Source: Gemmatimonadales bacterium (GTDB lineage Bacteria > Gemmatimonadota > Gemmatimonadetes > Gemmatimonadales > GWC2-71-9). From it: a stretch of 64,000 nt of DNA. Each line of letters opens with the position of its first letter. Positions within the stretch are counted from its first letter, which is position 1. Under the pieces are notes generated by a model, which saw nothing but the letters and a program-made list of their open reading frames with translations, did no database searches and was not told the DNA's origin. Both the position numbers and the translations under genes were made by a program. Below are positions 18,144 to 30,693 of the stretch, piece after piece. The stretch is taken from assembly GCA_041615815.1 (NCBI GenBank), contig JBFJCP010000005.1:32001-96000 (forward strand), in the 5' to 3' direction.

Positions 18144-19351
18144 CGCCCGAGCTCAAGGGGTTCCTCCTTCTCGCCACGCTCCGCATTCTCGTCATCTTCA
18201 CGGCGCTCAATGTGGGGGTGATGCTCGTGATCTGGGCGGAGCGGCGGGTGAGTGGTCTCATGCAGGATCGCTTGGGTCCTAACCGCGTCGGTCCCGCGGG
18301 CCTCCTGCAATCGGTGGCTGACGGCATCAAGAACTTCATGAAGGAAGAGACCTTTCCGTCGCAGGCGGAGCCGTGGCTGTTCCTGCTTGCGCCCAGCTTG
18401 TCGTTTGTGCCCGCACTGCTGCTCTTCGCCGTGATTCCAGTGGCGGCGCCGTTGCCGGTCTCGTTGGACATTTCGGTCCCGCTCCTGGGCCGTTTCGTGT
18501 ACGATGGGGCCATGCCGATGCTGATCGCCGATCTGCCGATCGGATTCCTCTTGATCCTGGCGATCTCGAGCCTGGGCGTGTACGGGATTGTCCTGGCGGG
18601 TTGGGCGTCGAACAGCAAGTACGCGTTTCTGGGTGGGCTGCGCGCGAGCGCTCAGATGATCAGCTACGAGGTCGCCCTCGGCATGAGTGTGATCGGGGTC
18701 TTGATTCTGGCGGGAAACGTCACGCTCTCGGACGTGGTGGCGGCACAACAGCAATCGGTCTGGTTCGTCATCGCGCTGACCGTGGGGTTCCTCATGTTCA
18801 TGATCTCGGCGTTGGCGGAGACCAATCGCCTCCCCTTCGACTTGCCGGAGGCCGAGGCCGAGTTGATCTCGGGATATCATACCGAGTACAGCTCAATGAA
18901 GTTTTCGTTCTTTTTCATCGCGGAATACGCTGCACTGATCACGATGTCCGCGCTGATCGCCACGTTGTTCTTTGGCGGTTGGGACATTCCATTCACCAGC
19001 TGGGATGAGGGCGAGCCGAGTGTCCTGCGGTCGCTTGCCACGCTGGTGGCGTTCAGCACCAAGACACTGTTTTTCATCTTCACCTATATCTGGATCCGGT
19101 GGACGCTGCCCCGCTTCCGATACGATCAACTCATGTCCCTGGGCTGGAAGTTCATGCTTCCCCTGGCGCTCATCTACATCGTCTTGATCGCCGTGGTGGT
19201 CTGGGTGCTCGACGATGCTGGCGTGGGCTTCGGGGCGACGTATGGACTGATCCTTTTTGCCGTGAACGCCGTGCTCTTGCTGACCCTGATCTGGGGAGTG
19301 GATCGGGGACGGCTGCTTAGCGGCACACGTCCGCGTGCGCGAGAGGCCTGA
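18140..19351 (+). CDS. nuoH: NADH-quinone oxidoreductase subunit H
   Basis: QDRLGPNRVG, SAQMISYE, ETNRLPFDLPEAE, LPRFRYDQLM. Confidence 0.95.
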   Translation: MTPELKGFLLLATLRILVIFTALNVGVMLVIWAERRVSGLMQDRLGPNRVGPAGLLQSVADGIKNFMKEETFPSQAEPWLFLLAPSLSFVPALLLFAVIPVAAPLPVSLDISVPLLGRFVYDGAMPMLIADLPIGFLLILAISSLGVYGIVLAGWASNSKYAFLGGLRASAQMISYEVALGMSVIGVLILAGNVTLSDVVAAQQQSVWFVIALTVGFLMFMISALAETNRLPFDLPEAEAELISGYHTEYSSMKFSFFFIAEYAALITMSALIATLFFGGWDIPFTSWDEGEPSVLRSLATLVAFSTKTLFFIFTYIWIRWTLPRFRYDQLMSLGWKFMLPLALIYIVLIAVVVWVLDDAGVGFGATYGLILFAVNAVLLLTLIWGVDRGRLLSGTRPRAREA

Positions 19352-19857
19352 TGCCGATCGGTGTGAAAGTCGTACAGCGTCCGGGTGCAGAAGTGAACTA
19401 TCTGCGAGCCGCGCTGAAAGGGATGGCGCTGACGTTCCGACATCTGTTCCGTCCCAAGGTGACCATGCAGTATCCGGAGGAGAAGGCGACGCCGGAGTGG
19501 TCCATTTCACCCCGGTGGCGCGGAACGCACCGCATGCTCACCGACGAGCAGGGGCGGGCTAAGTGCGTCGCCTGCGGCCTTTGTCCCCAGATCTGTCCTG
19601 CAAACTGCATCAAGCTCGTGCCCGGCGAGGACGAGGAAGGGCATCGATATCCACTGATCTACGAGATCGACGAGTTCCGCTGCATCTTCTGCGGGTACTG
19701 CCAGGAGGTATGTCCGGAGGAAGCGATCCACGTGGGTGTGCACTACGAAAACTCCGAATACGAGCGCCAGCGCTTCGTCTACGACCTGGAGCGTCTGTGT
19801 GCTCAGACCCATCCGGTGTCGTCGTTGTGGGATCCGGCGGATCCCCAGGGCGAGTGA
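19351..19857 (+). CDS. nuoI: NADH-quinone oxidoreductase subunit I
   Basis: CVACGLCPQICP and CIFCGYCQEVCP. Confidence 0.95.
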   Translation: MPIGVKVVQRPGAEVNYLRAALKGMALTFRHLFRPKVTMQYPEEKATPEWSISPRWRGTHRMLTDEQGRAKCVACGLCPQICPANCIKLVPGEDEEGHRYPLIYEIDEFRCIFCGYCQEVCPEEAIHVGVHYENSEYERQRFVYDLERLCAQTHPVSSLWDPADPQGE

Positions 19858-19858
19858 C

Positions 19859-20374
19859 GTGACGCAGATCGTTTTCTGGGTGTTCGCCGGGGCGGCGATC
19901 GTCTCGGCGTTTCTATGCATTACCCGCCGGAGCCCGGTGGCCAGTGCGCTCTGGTTGGTGAACACCCTTTTTTCCCTGGCGGCGCTCTTCGTGCTGCTGG
20001 AAGCGCACTTCATCGCCGCCATTCAGGTTTTGGTATATGCCGGCGCCATCATGGTCTTGTTCCTCTTTGTGATCATGCTGTTGAATCTCGGTCGCGGCGA
20101 ACCCAGTGACATGGTGGGATGGGTTGGCCGGTTCGTGATGCTCGCGATTGGAGGGTTGCTCGCCGCGGAGTTGTGGGTGGTCACGAGCGTGATTCCCGTG
20201 GATGCCATCCGCCTCCCGGCCGGAACCATCGTGCAGATGACGCAGGAGCAAGGGGCCGTGGGGGTGATCAGCGGACCACTGTTCCGCGACTACCTCGTGC
20301 CGTTCGAAATCACCTCGATCTTGTTACTGGCAGCCATCGTGGGTGCGGTGGTGCTCGCCAAGAGGCGGCTGTAG
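19859..20374 (+). CDS. nuoJ: NADH-quinone oxidoreductase subunit J
   Basis: [26 protein letters not shown]. Confidence 0.93.
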   Translation: MTQIVFWVFAGAAIVSAFLCITRRSPVASALWLVNTLFSLAALFVLLEAHFIAAIQVLVYAGAIMVLFLFVIMLLNLGRGEPSDMVGWVGRFVMLAIGGLLAAELWVVTSVIPVDAIRLPAGTIVQMTQEQGAVGVISGPLFRDYLVPFEITSILLLAAIVGAVVLAKRRL

Positions 20375-20666
20375 TGCTACTCGGTGAATCGCTTGCGGTC
20401 TCGGCCATTCTGTTCAGCCTTGGTGTGGCGGGCGTGCTCCTGCGCCGAAACGCGATCATCATCTTCATGTGCGTCGAGCTGATGCTCAACGCGGTGAATC
20501 TCTCGTTCGTCGCGCTGGCGCAGCAGTTGGGACACAGCGGTCAGGTCATCGTGTTCTTTGTGATGGCCGTGGCCGCTGCGGAAGCGGCGGTGGGACTGGC
20601 CATCATCATCGGCATCTACCGACATAAGCCGACGGTCAACGTCAAACAGATCAACCTCCTGAGAGG

Positions 20667-20670
<4 letters not shown>
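20374..20670 (+). CDS. nuoK: NADH-quinone oxidoreductase subunit K
   Basis: [29 protein letters not shown]. Confidence 0.93.
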
Positions 20671-22643
<1,973 letters not shown>

Positions 22644-22649
22644 CGCGCC

Positions 22650-24176
22650 ATGAACTACGGGGCCTGGGTGCTGGACCTGTTGTTGATCGTCCCACTGGTT
22701 GGTGGGCTGCTCCTGATGTTGCGACCGGCACGCGAGGCCAAAGTCCTGGCACTCATCGTAGCCCTCGTCGAGTTTCTCCTCTCCGCACCCTTGTGGTGGA
22801 TGTTCGACCCTGGGACCGCGGCCATGCAGTTCGAGGCGGTGCATGCGTGGATTCCGAGCTGGGGAATCACGTACCGTGTGGGGGTCGACGGTATCTCACT
22901 GTTCATGGTGTTGCTCACTACGCTCACCATGCCGCTCGCCGTACTCGGCAGCTGGAGTTACATCAAGGACCGCCAACGAGGTTACTACGCGCTGTTGCTG
23001 ATGCTGACCACGGGTATGCTGGGTGTCTTCGTCGCACTCGATCTCTTTGTGTTCTACGTTTTCTGGGAGATCATGCTCATCCCGATGTATTTCATCATCG
23101 GGGTGTGGGGTGGTGCCCGCCGTCTCTACGCCGCGATCAAGTTCTTCGTGTACACGTTCATGGGATCGCTGCTCATGCTGGTAGCGATCCTCTCGTTGTA
23201 TTACCTGGTGGGGCGTGCTACCGGCGTTTACTCGTTCAGCTACGAGCATATTCTCGCCAACGCGAGCGTTGCTGACCGATGGGGATTCTGGTTGTTCGGC
23301 GCCTTCTTTCTCGCGTTCGCGATCAAAGTACCGATGTTCCCCTTTCACACCTGGCTCCCAGATGCACACGTCGAGGCACCCACGGCCGGCTCCGTGATCC
23401 TCGCAGGGATCCTGTTGAAAATGGGGACGTACGGTTTCCTGCGGTTCGCGCTGCCGTTTTTCCCCGAGGTGGCGTTGCATCCAACCATCGTGACCGTCGT
23501 TGTGGGTCTTGCCGTCATCGGGATCATCTATGGCGCACTGGTGGCGATGGTCCAGCCGGACTTCAAGAAACTGATAGCCTATTCGTCCATCAGTCACCTG
23601 GGCTTCGTGATGTTGGGGATCTGGGCGCTGACGCTACAGTCGGTACAGGGCGCCATCATCATCATGATCAATCACGGGATCTCCACCGGCGCGCTCTTCT
23701 TCTTGGCAGGCATGTTGTACGAGCGGCGGCACAGCCGGGCCATTGCGGATTTCGGAGGCATCGCCCGCGTCGTGCCGGCGTTTGCAGCGGTGCTGACCGT
23801 CGTGGCGCTCTCGTCCATCGGGTTGCCCGGCACCAATGGATTCATCGGTGAGTTCCTGGTGTTGCTCGGATCGTTCCCGGAGTATCCTTGGGCCACGGCC
23901 GCCGCCACGACGGGTGTGATCTTCGCCGCCGCCTACCTGCTGTGGGCACTCCAACGCATCATCTACAACAAGTTGGACGATCCCGAGAACGAGCGAATGC
24001 CCGATCTCAGTCGGCGGGAGCTAGCGGTGTTGGCACCGCTGCTGGCGTTGATTCTGTGGGTGGGGCTGTATCCCGCACCGTTTCTGTCGAGAATCGAGGC
24101 GTCGGCCAATGCTCTGATCGAGCAGGTGCGGAACGACGAGCCGCAGATGGTCTTGGTCGAAGAGGAGGGCCGATGA
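22650..24176 (+). CDS. nuoM: NADH-quinone oxidoreductase subunit M
   Basis: FWEIMLIPMY, KVPMFPFHTWLPDAHVEAP, LPGTNGFIGE. Confidence 0.95.
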   Translation: MNYGAWVLDLLLIVPLVGGLLLMLRPAREAKVLALIVALVEFLLSAPLWWMFDPGTAAMQFEAVHAWIPSWGITYRVGVDGISLFMVLLTTLTMPLAVLGSWSYIKDRQRGYYALLLMLTTGMLGVFVALDLFVFYVFWEIMLIPMYFIIGVWGGARRLYAAIKFFVYTFMGSLLMLVAILSLYYLVGRATGVYSFSYEHILANASVADRWGFWLFGAFFLAFAIKVPMFPFHTWLPDAHVEAPTAGSVILAGILLKMGTYGFLRFALPFFPEVALHPTIVTVVVGLAVIGIIYGALVAMVQPDFKKLIAYSSISHLGFVMLGIWALTLQSVQGAIIIMINHGISTGALFFLAGMLYERRHSRAIADFGGIARVVPAFAAVLTVVALSSIGLPGTNGFIGEFLVLLGSFPEYPWATAAATTGVIFAAAYLLWALQRIIYNKLDDPENERMPDLSRRELAVLAPLLALILWVGLYPAPFLSRIEASANALIEQVRNDEPQMVLVEEEGR

Positions 24177-25684
24177 CACCCGTCATCGACCTCACCGCAC
24201 CCGGTGGGATCGCCTTGGCCCTCTTGCCAGAGCTGATCCTCACCGGGTGGAGCCTCGTGGTGCTGCTGGCCGTGTCCTGGCGCCACGAGACCGAGGAAGA
24301 TCAACGATTCGTCGGACGGCTCACGCTGCTCGCCCTGGTCACCACGTTGATCGTCGTGTTGTGGTTCTGGATCTCGGGTGTCCGCGCCGAAGGTCTACCT
24401 TCGATGATTGCGCTGGACGGATTCCGATACGCGACCTCGACCATCTTCCTCATCGGCGCCATTGCGGCGGTACTCTTGTCGCTGGGGTATCTCGGGCGTG
24501 AGCAGCTAGTGGTGCCGGAGTATTACGTGCTGGTGCTACTCGCCACGGTGGGGATGATGTTCATGGGTGGGGGCGCCGATCTGATCGTCATCTTTCTTGG
24601 CCTCGAGCTCATGTCGGTTTCCGTGTACGTGCTATCGGGGATCAATCGTCGAAGCGTGTTCGCCGCCGAGGCCGCCCTCAAGTACTTCCTGCTCGGCGCC
24701 TTTGCATCGGGGTTCTTCTTGTACGGCATCGCCCTAATTTACGGCGCGACCGGGACGACGAGTCTGAGCCTCATCTACGTGCAAATCGTGGGGCTCGGCC
24801 TCTCCAGCAACATCATGCTGCTGGTGGGCACCGCCATGCTCATCATCGGATTTGGCTTCAAGGTGGCGGCGGTTCCATTCCATATGTGGACGCCCGATGT
24901 CTATGATGGGGCGCCGACCCCGGTAACCGCCTTCATGGCGGCCGCGGTGAAAGCCGCTGGGTTCGCCGCGCTGATCCGCGTGCTCCTCCAGGCATTGGGG
25001 CCGAGTGACGTGGTCTGGGCCCAAGGCATATGGTGGCTCGCGGTGCTCACCATGCTGGTCGGGAACCTGGTGGCCCTGGCGCAACGGAAGCTGAAGCGTA
25101 TGCTGGCGTACAGCTCCATTGGGCACGCGGGTTATCTGCTCGCTGCCGTGACCGCGGGCACGGAGCTCGGAGCGGCGGCCTTCCTGTATTACGTGTTTGC
25201 GTACACCTTGATGACGGTGGGCGCCTTCGCCATTCTCGCCGCCGCCGGGCGCGATGGTGAACGGGAGGTGACCATCGACGACCTCAGTGGGCTCGCCGCG
25301 CGCCGTCCGTGGATGGCGTTCGGGATGGCCGTCTTTATGCTCTCCCTGCTTGGGTTTCCCGGTACGGCCGGCTTCATCGGGAAGTGGTTCATTCTGTCCG
25401 CGATCATCGATGCAGATTACGTTCTGTTGGCGGTGATCTTGGTCGTGGCAAGCGTTATTTCGGCGGGATACTACCTCCCGGTGATCATGGTCATGTACAT
25501 GAAACCGGCGCGTTCACCAGAGGCCCACGAGGGAACCGCATTGTTCGGCATGGCCAGGTGGGTCGTGGGTGTTGCGGCCGTGTTCCTCCTTGTCTTTGGG
25601 TTCTGGCCCAATCGCGTCATGGACCTCGCGAGAAACGGGAGCGAAGAGCTCGTGCCCCCCGCCGTGATCAGCGCGTCGCAGTAG
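24173..25684 (+). CDS. nuoN: NADH-quinone oxidoreductase subunit N
   Basis: EAALKYFLLG, FKVAAVPFHMWTPDVYDGAP, KRMLAYSSIGHAG. Confidence 0.95.
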   Translation: MTPVIDLTAPGGIALALLPELILTGWSLVVLLAVSWRHETEEDQRFVGRLTLLALVTTLIVVLWFWISGVRAEGLPSMIALDGFRYATSTIFLIGAIAAVLLSLGYLGREQLVVPEYYVLVLLATVGMMFMGGGADLIVIFLGLELMSVSVYVLSGINRRSVFAAEAALKYFLLGAFASGFFLYGIALIYGATGTTSLSLIYVQIVGLGLSSNIMLLVGTAMLIIGFGFKVAAVPFHMWTPDVYDGAPTPVTAFMAAAVKAAGFAALIRVLLQALGPSDVVWAQGIWWLAVLTMLVGNLVALAQRKLKRMLAYSSIGHAGYLLAAVTAGTELGAAAFLYYVFAYTLMTVGAFAILAAAGRDGEREVTIDDLSGLAARRPWMAFGMAVFMLSLLGFPGTAGFIGKWFILSAIIDADYVLLAVILVVASVISAGYYLPVIMVMYMKPARSPEAHEGTALFGMARWVVGVAAVFLLVFGFWPNRVMDLARNGSEELVPPAVISASQ

Positions 25685-25721
25685 CGCGCCGCGTTCTTTC
25701 CCCCCGCTTCAGGAGGACGTC

Positions 25722-27095
25722 GTGAACGTCCCGCCCGTCATCTTCCGCCAGTACGACATTCGTGGCGTCGTTGGACGCGACATCACTAGTGCGGTTGCGC
25801 ACGCCATTGGTGCTGCTCTCGCGACGCTAGCTGCAACGAAGATCGGGAAGCCGCCCCGACTCGCGGTGGGGCGGGACAACCGACCGTCTGGCTCGGAACT
25901 CGCCCGTGCCGTCTGCGAGGGCATCGCCAGCACCGGCGGCACCGCCATCGACATCGGGATGCTCCCAACACCCGCTCTGTACCTGGCGCTCGCGGAGTTG
26001 GCGGTGGATGGCGGCATCCAAGTGACGGGATCGCACAACCCGCCGGAGTTCAACGGCTTCAAGATGGCGGCGGCGGGCGAAACCATTCACGGAGAGGCGA
26101 TTCAACAACTGCGTCGCCTGATCGAAGACGACGCGACGCACGTGGGCAACGGCGGGATCGCATCCGACGAGACGGTGCTCGAACGGTACGTGAATGCCAT
26201 CGTGCAACGGAATGGCCCACTGGCACGGCCAATTCGCGTCGTCGTGGACTGTGGCAACGGCATCACCAGCGTCGTTGCAGAAGCGGCACTCACGCGCATC
26301 GGAGCAGACGTCATTCCGCTCTATTGCGAGTCGGACGGGACCTTTCCCAACCATCATCCCGATCCGACGGTGCCGGACAATTTGGCAGATCTCGTCGCAG
26401 CGGTCCGCCGCACCGGTGCCCACCTCGGGATTGCCTTCGACGGGGACGGTGATCGCATTGGGGCCGTCGACGAACAGGGTGAGATCATCTTCGGTGATCA
26501 GCTCCTCATTCTGTTTGGCCGGGACCTCGTGGATCGCATGGGGCCGGGTCATCACGTGATCTTCGACGTCAAATGCTCGAATGTGCTCGCGCAGCAGCTG
26601 GAGAAGGCCGGATTGGTCCCCACCATTTGGAAGACCGGCCACTCCCTGATCAAAGCGAAGATGAAAGAGCTTGGCGCGCCGCTCGCAGGCGAAATGAGCG
26701 GCCACATGTTCTTTGGGGGTGACTACTACGGCTTCGACGACGCGCTCTTCGCCGCTGCTCGGCTTCTGGCATACCTCGCCACACGCCAGGGAGGGTTGGG
26801 GACGCAGCTCGCGGACGTCCCCCGGACCGTGGCAACGCCCGAGCTTCGAATCGACTGTGCCGACGACGCCAAGTTCGCCGTCGTGGAAGCAGCCGCACGG
26901 TACTTTGCCGACCGTTATGAGGTCTTGACCCTGGACGGCGTGCGTATCGCGTTCCCCGATGGCTGGGGTCTCCTGCGCGCATCGAATACACAGCCCGTCC
27001 TCGTGCTCCGATTCGAGGCAGGCTCCCGCGAAAACCTCGAGGCGTACCGCGGCGAGGTCGAGGGTTGGCTGCAGGAGCACGGCGTCACGGTGTAA
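25722..27095 (+). CDS. Phosphomannomutase/phosphoglucomutase
   Basis: FRQYDIRG, TGSHNP, FDGDGDR, GEMSGH, RASNTQP. Confidence 0.93.
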   Translation: MNVPPVIFRQYDIRGVVGRDITSAVAHAIGAALATLAATKIGKPPRLAVGRDNRPSGSELARAVCEGIASTGGTAIDIGMLPTPALYLALAELAVDGGIQVTGSHNPPEFNGFKMAAAGETIHGEAIQQLRRLIEDDATHVGNGGIASDETVLERYVNAIVQRNGPLARPIRVVVDCGNGITSVVAEAALTRIGADVIPLYCESDGTFPNHHPDPTVPDNLADLVAAVRRTGAHLGIAFDGDGDRIGAVDEQGEIIFGDQLLILFGRDLVDRMGPGHHVIFDVKCSNVLAQQLEKAGLVPTIWKTGHSLIKAKMKELGAPLAGEMSGHMFFGGDYYGFDDALFAAARLLAYLATRQGGLGTQLADVPRTVATPELRIDCADDAKFAVVEAAARYFADRYEVLTLDGVRIAFPDGWGLLRASNTQPVLVLRFEAGSRENLEAYRGEVEGWLQEHGVTV

Positions 27096-27098
27096 CGC

Positions 27099-29690
27099 AT
27101 GTGGCTCCGGCGGAAGTGGTGGCAGGTTTTCGGTATCGGAGTGCTGGGCGTGCTCGTGGTTGGTCGATGGCTGGCGGTCTCGAGCGCGCATCGTCTATGG
27201 TGGGAAGCCGTCGGCGGCGGCACCACCCATCGCGCGATCGCCAGCCTGCAACAGATGCTGCTGGTGACGGCCTTCGCCGCGGCCCTCGTGTGGTGCGTCG
27301 GCAACTTCTACCTGGCCTATCGTTCCGTCGGCGCGGTGCGGGTCCCCCGCCGCCTCGGCAACCTCGAAATCTCCGAAGCGTTGCCGCGTCGGTATCTGAT
27401 GATTGCCGCGATCCTGTTCGGCGTCCTCCTCGCCCTCGCGCTGAGTCATGGTGCGGACGAGTGGTGGCACGCCCGCGCGCTGGCGGGCCTGGTGAACACC
27501 GTGGGCGTGGCCGATCCGATCCTGCAACGTGACGCCTCGTTCTACCTCTTCGTGCTGCCATGGCAACGAACCGTCCACAGCTTCGTCACCGTCTTGAGCG
27601 GCATCGTCCTTGGCGTGGTGGCCGTGCTCTACGCGGCGGTTGGCGCCGTCCGATGGCAGGAGCGCCACGTGCGGGTCACACCGTTGGCACGCCGCCATCT
27701 GGGGGGCTTGCTCGCCGCCTTTGCGCTCGCCCTGGTTTGGGGCTATCGGCTGGAGCCGATGGAATACATAGCGGGAATCCACAATGTCCCCCTCGATGAC
27801 GTCCTAGTCGGCGTGCGGCTGCCGGCCGCTCGCATCCTCAGCATCATTGCGCTCGTCGCCGCCACCGCATCGATCGCGTGGATTTGGATTCCCCGCGCCG
27901 TGCTCGTCGTGGTACCGTGGATCGTACTGGGCGTCGTGTCGTTCTTCGGGCACTACGTGGTCCCGGCGTTTGCGGGATCAGTACGCCCAGCTGGTGAGCT
28001 CACCCTCGACGTGGTGGAGGCTGTTCGCCCCACGCTGCTGGAAATGGCCTACGGGGCCCGTCCAGTCGAAGTGATCGCGTCACCACCGGTCGAGCCGGAT
28101 CCTTCCATCCTCCTTCGCGAGGGTCCCCGGTTGAGCGCGGTCCCGGTCTGGGATGCGTTCGCGGCCACGGTATTGTTGAACCGGTCGGCGCCGCGGCGTC
28201 CCTTCACTCGGTTTTCCCGGGCTCACCTCGTGGCGGTCCCGCACACCGACGGATCGCTGGTCCCGGTGTTGATCGGTGTTCGCGAAATCGATCTCGAGGC
28301 AGCGCGAGCGGCTGGGGCGGAAATCACCTGGGAGCGGGTGCACGGCGACCCCTATGGCTACGCCTCGGGCGCGGTCGCGATCGCGGCCCATCGCGTATCG
28401 CCGGCGGGACTCCCGCTGTTCGTCGCGGGGTTTGGCCCGGGTGTCGGCCTGAGTGACGAGCCGGTGGATCTCGCGCTGCGAGAGAGCGAGATCTTTTTTG
28501 CGCCATCGACGACCGAGTTCGCCGTCATGCCAGCCAGGACGGCCGGTATCATCGGTGTACGAGCGGGCGGGCTCTTCCGCCGGTTGGCGCTGGCGTGGGC
28601 GCTCCAGAGCCCCAAGCTCGTCACATCCGGCATGGTCACGGACTCGTCGCTCGTACTCTGGCACCGGTCGGTGGCCGAGCGCCTCGAGCGCTATGCTCCG
28701 TTTGCAGAATTCGGCGACCCCTATCCCGTCGTCGTCGAGGGTCGGATGTACTGGATCGCGCCGGGATACGTGATGTCGGAGGGATTCGCGGCGACGCCGC
28801 GCGCCGAGTGGCGCGGGCGCAGCGTCCGCTACTTCCGCTCCAGCCTCGTCGGAGTGGTGGAAGCCTCTTCGGGGTCCACGCAGGTGTTCCTGGGCGGGGA
28901 TCCAGACCCCCTGAGCGCGGGTTGGGCCGAGCTCGCACCGGATATCGTGCAAGATGCCTCGCAAGTACCGGAACCCCTCCGTTCGTTCCTTCGCTACCCA
29001 CGAGAGCTGTTCGACGTGCAGCTGTCCATTCTGCGCCAGACAAGATTGGCCGCGGACGTACCAGTGGATCCGCTCGTGCCGTTTGGCGCCTCCGACCCGA
29101 GAGCGCGGGCGCACACGGAGGTGCATTGGTGGCTCGGCCCAACGGCGCTGGACTCACTCGCCCGCCTGCGGCTGATGTCGACCTTCGAGGTCGGTGATCC
29201 TGCCGTCATCGTGGCGGTGGTGGAAGGGACCGTGGTCGACGGCGCGCTTCAGCTCGCGCTCGTTAGACTGCCGGCTCCGTTTGACGCGGAAGGGCCGTCG
29301 GTGCTGCCGCGCCGGCTCGCCCTGATGCGTCCGCCGGGGATGGACGGCGTGGATGGCGCCGTGCGAACGGTTGTGCTCGAGGACGGCGTGCTTCGGCTCC
29401 AACCCCTCTACAGTGGATCCGCCAACGACCTGAATGGCGCGCCACGGCTGATCGAGCTGGGTGTGGCCTGGGGAAACCAGGTGGCTCGGGGCCCCACGCT
29501 GGCCGATGCGGTGGCGGCGATGCCGAGTGGCGGGGCGCTCGGGACCACTCAGGTACCGCGCTGGAGTGAAGCCCGTCAGTGGTTCCGGCGGCTCGACTCA
29601 GCACGGCAAGTGGGTGACTGGACGGCCTTTGGGCGTGCCTACGATCGCCTGAAGCGGTTGCTCGGCGCTACGGTGGATAGCGCGCCCTGA
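27099..29690 (+). CDS. UPF0182-family membrane protein (divergent)
   Basis: DPILQRDASFYLFVLP, N-terminal TM bundle, GDPYPVV..YW, RYFRSS, LRYP, GDWTAFGRA. Confidence 0.78.
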   Translation: MWLRRKWWQVFGIGVLGVLVVGRWLAVSSAHRLWWEAVGGGTTHRAIASLQQMLLVTAFAAALVWCVGNFYLAYRSVGAVRVPRRLGNLEISEALPRRYLMIAAILFGVLLALALSHGADEWWHARALAGLVNTVGVADPILQRDASFYLFVLPWQRTVHSFVTVLSGIVLGVVAVLYAAVGAVRWQERHVRVTPLARRHLGGLLAAFALALVWGYRLEPMEYIAGIHNVPLDDVLVGVRLPAARILSIIALVAATASIAWIWIPRAVLVVVPWIVLGVVSFFGHYVVPAFAGSVRPAGELTLDVVEAVRPTLLEMAYGARPVEVIASPPVEPDPSILLREGPRLSAVPVWDAFAATVLLNRSAPRRPFTRFSRAHLVAVPHTDGSLVPVLIGVREIDLEAARAAGAEITWERVHGDPYGYASGAVAIAAHRVSPAGLPLFVAGFGPGVGLSDEPVDLALRESEIFFAPSTTEFAVMPARTAGIIGVRAGGLFRRLALAWALQSPKLVTSGMVTDSSLVLWHRSVAERLERYAPFAEFGDPYPVVVEGRMYWIAPGYVMSEGFAATPRAEWRGRSVRYFRSSLVGVVEASSGSTQVFLGGDPDPLSAGWAELAPDIVQDASQVPEPLRSFLRYPRELFDVQLSILRQTRLAADVPVDPLVPFGASDPRARAHTEVHWWLGPTALDSLARLRLMSTFEVGDPAVIVAVVEGTVVDGALQLALVRLPAPFDAEGPSVLPRRLALMRPPGMDGVDGAVRTVVLEDGVLRLQPLYSGSANDLNGAPRLIELGVAWGNQVARGPTLADAVAAMPSGGALGTTQVPRWSEARQWFRRLDSARQVGDWTAFGRAYDRLKRLLGATVDSAP

Positions 29691-29739
29691 TGGTGGCTTG
29701 CTGCCAGCACGGTCCCCCAGTACCTTGCACGGCTCTGTC

Positions 29740-30693
29740 ATGGCCAATCCCGGGACCATCGTCATCGCGTTGGGGGGCAACGCCCTCGCGCCGGCCGGTA
29801 CTTCTGCGACGATCCACGAACAATTCCGTCACACTCGGACGTCGCTGGCTGCCGTGGTGGCGCTTGCCCACGAGGGCTGGCACATTGCGATCGTTCACGG
29901 CAACGGCCCTCAGGTGGGTGACGCGCTGGAGCGCAACGAGCGGGCCATGCCGGCCGTGTCGCCACTCCCGCTGGGTGTGCTGGTCGCTGCCACCGCGGGT
30001 TGGATCGGATACATGATTCAGCAATCGCTCCAGAATGCGTTGCGCGCGGCGGGTCTACACCGCGACGTCCTGACCGTGATCACGCAAACGGAGGTGGAGC
30101 CCCGCGACCCGGAACTCGCGCGTCCCACGAAGCCGATCGGTCACGCCCTCGAACCGGAGCAGACCGCGGCGCTCGGGGCCCGCGGCGTCGCCGTGGGTCG
30201 TGATGGGCGAGGTCGGTGGCGGCGATTGGCGCCGAGTCCGGTTCCGGTGAACGTGGTCGAAGCCGAGGCCGTGCGCCAACTCGTGGACGAAGGCAAGATC
30301 GTCATCGCGGCGGGTGGGGGTGGACCACCGGTCTATGCGGACCATCACGGCGCGTGGGAGGGGGTGAATGCGGTCGTCGACAAGGATCGCGCGGCGGCCA
30401 TTCTGGGGCACCGGATTCACGCCGACTCACTCCTGATCTTGACGGACGTGGACGCCGTGTATCGGGGATGGGGGACCGACGCTGCCGAGGCGCTACGGCG
30501 TCTGCATCCGGATGAGGCCACGGCGCTGATCGAGAGTGGTGAGTGCGGGGTCGGCATGCACTCAAAGGTCGAAGCGGCCGTGTCGTTCGTGCGAGCCGGC
30601 GGGCGTCGGTCGATCATCGGCCACCTGGAACACGGCTTGGAGGCCATGCGCGGCGAAACGGGGACGGTGATTACCGAGGAGTCTGGCGAGTGA
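29740..30693 (+). CDS. arcC: Carbamate kinase
   Basis: IALGGNAL, HGNGPQVG, PTKPIG, GGGGPPV, AVVDKD, ILTDV. Confidence 0.88.
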   Translation: MANPGTIVIALGGNALAPAGTSATIHEQFRHTRTSLAAVVALAHEGWHIAIVHGNGPQVGDALERNERAMPAVSPLPLGVLVAATAGWIGYMIQQSLQNALRAAGLHRDVLTVITQTEVEPRDPELARPTKPIGHALEPEQTAALGARGVAVGRDGRGRWRRLAPSPVPVNVVEAEAVRQLVDEGKIVIAAGGGGPPVYADHHGAWEGVNAVVDKDRAAAILGHRIHADSLLILTDVDAVYRGWGTDAAEALRRLHPDEATALIESGECGVGMHSKVEAAVSFVRAGGRRSIIGHLEHGLEAMRGETGTVITEESGE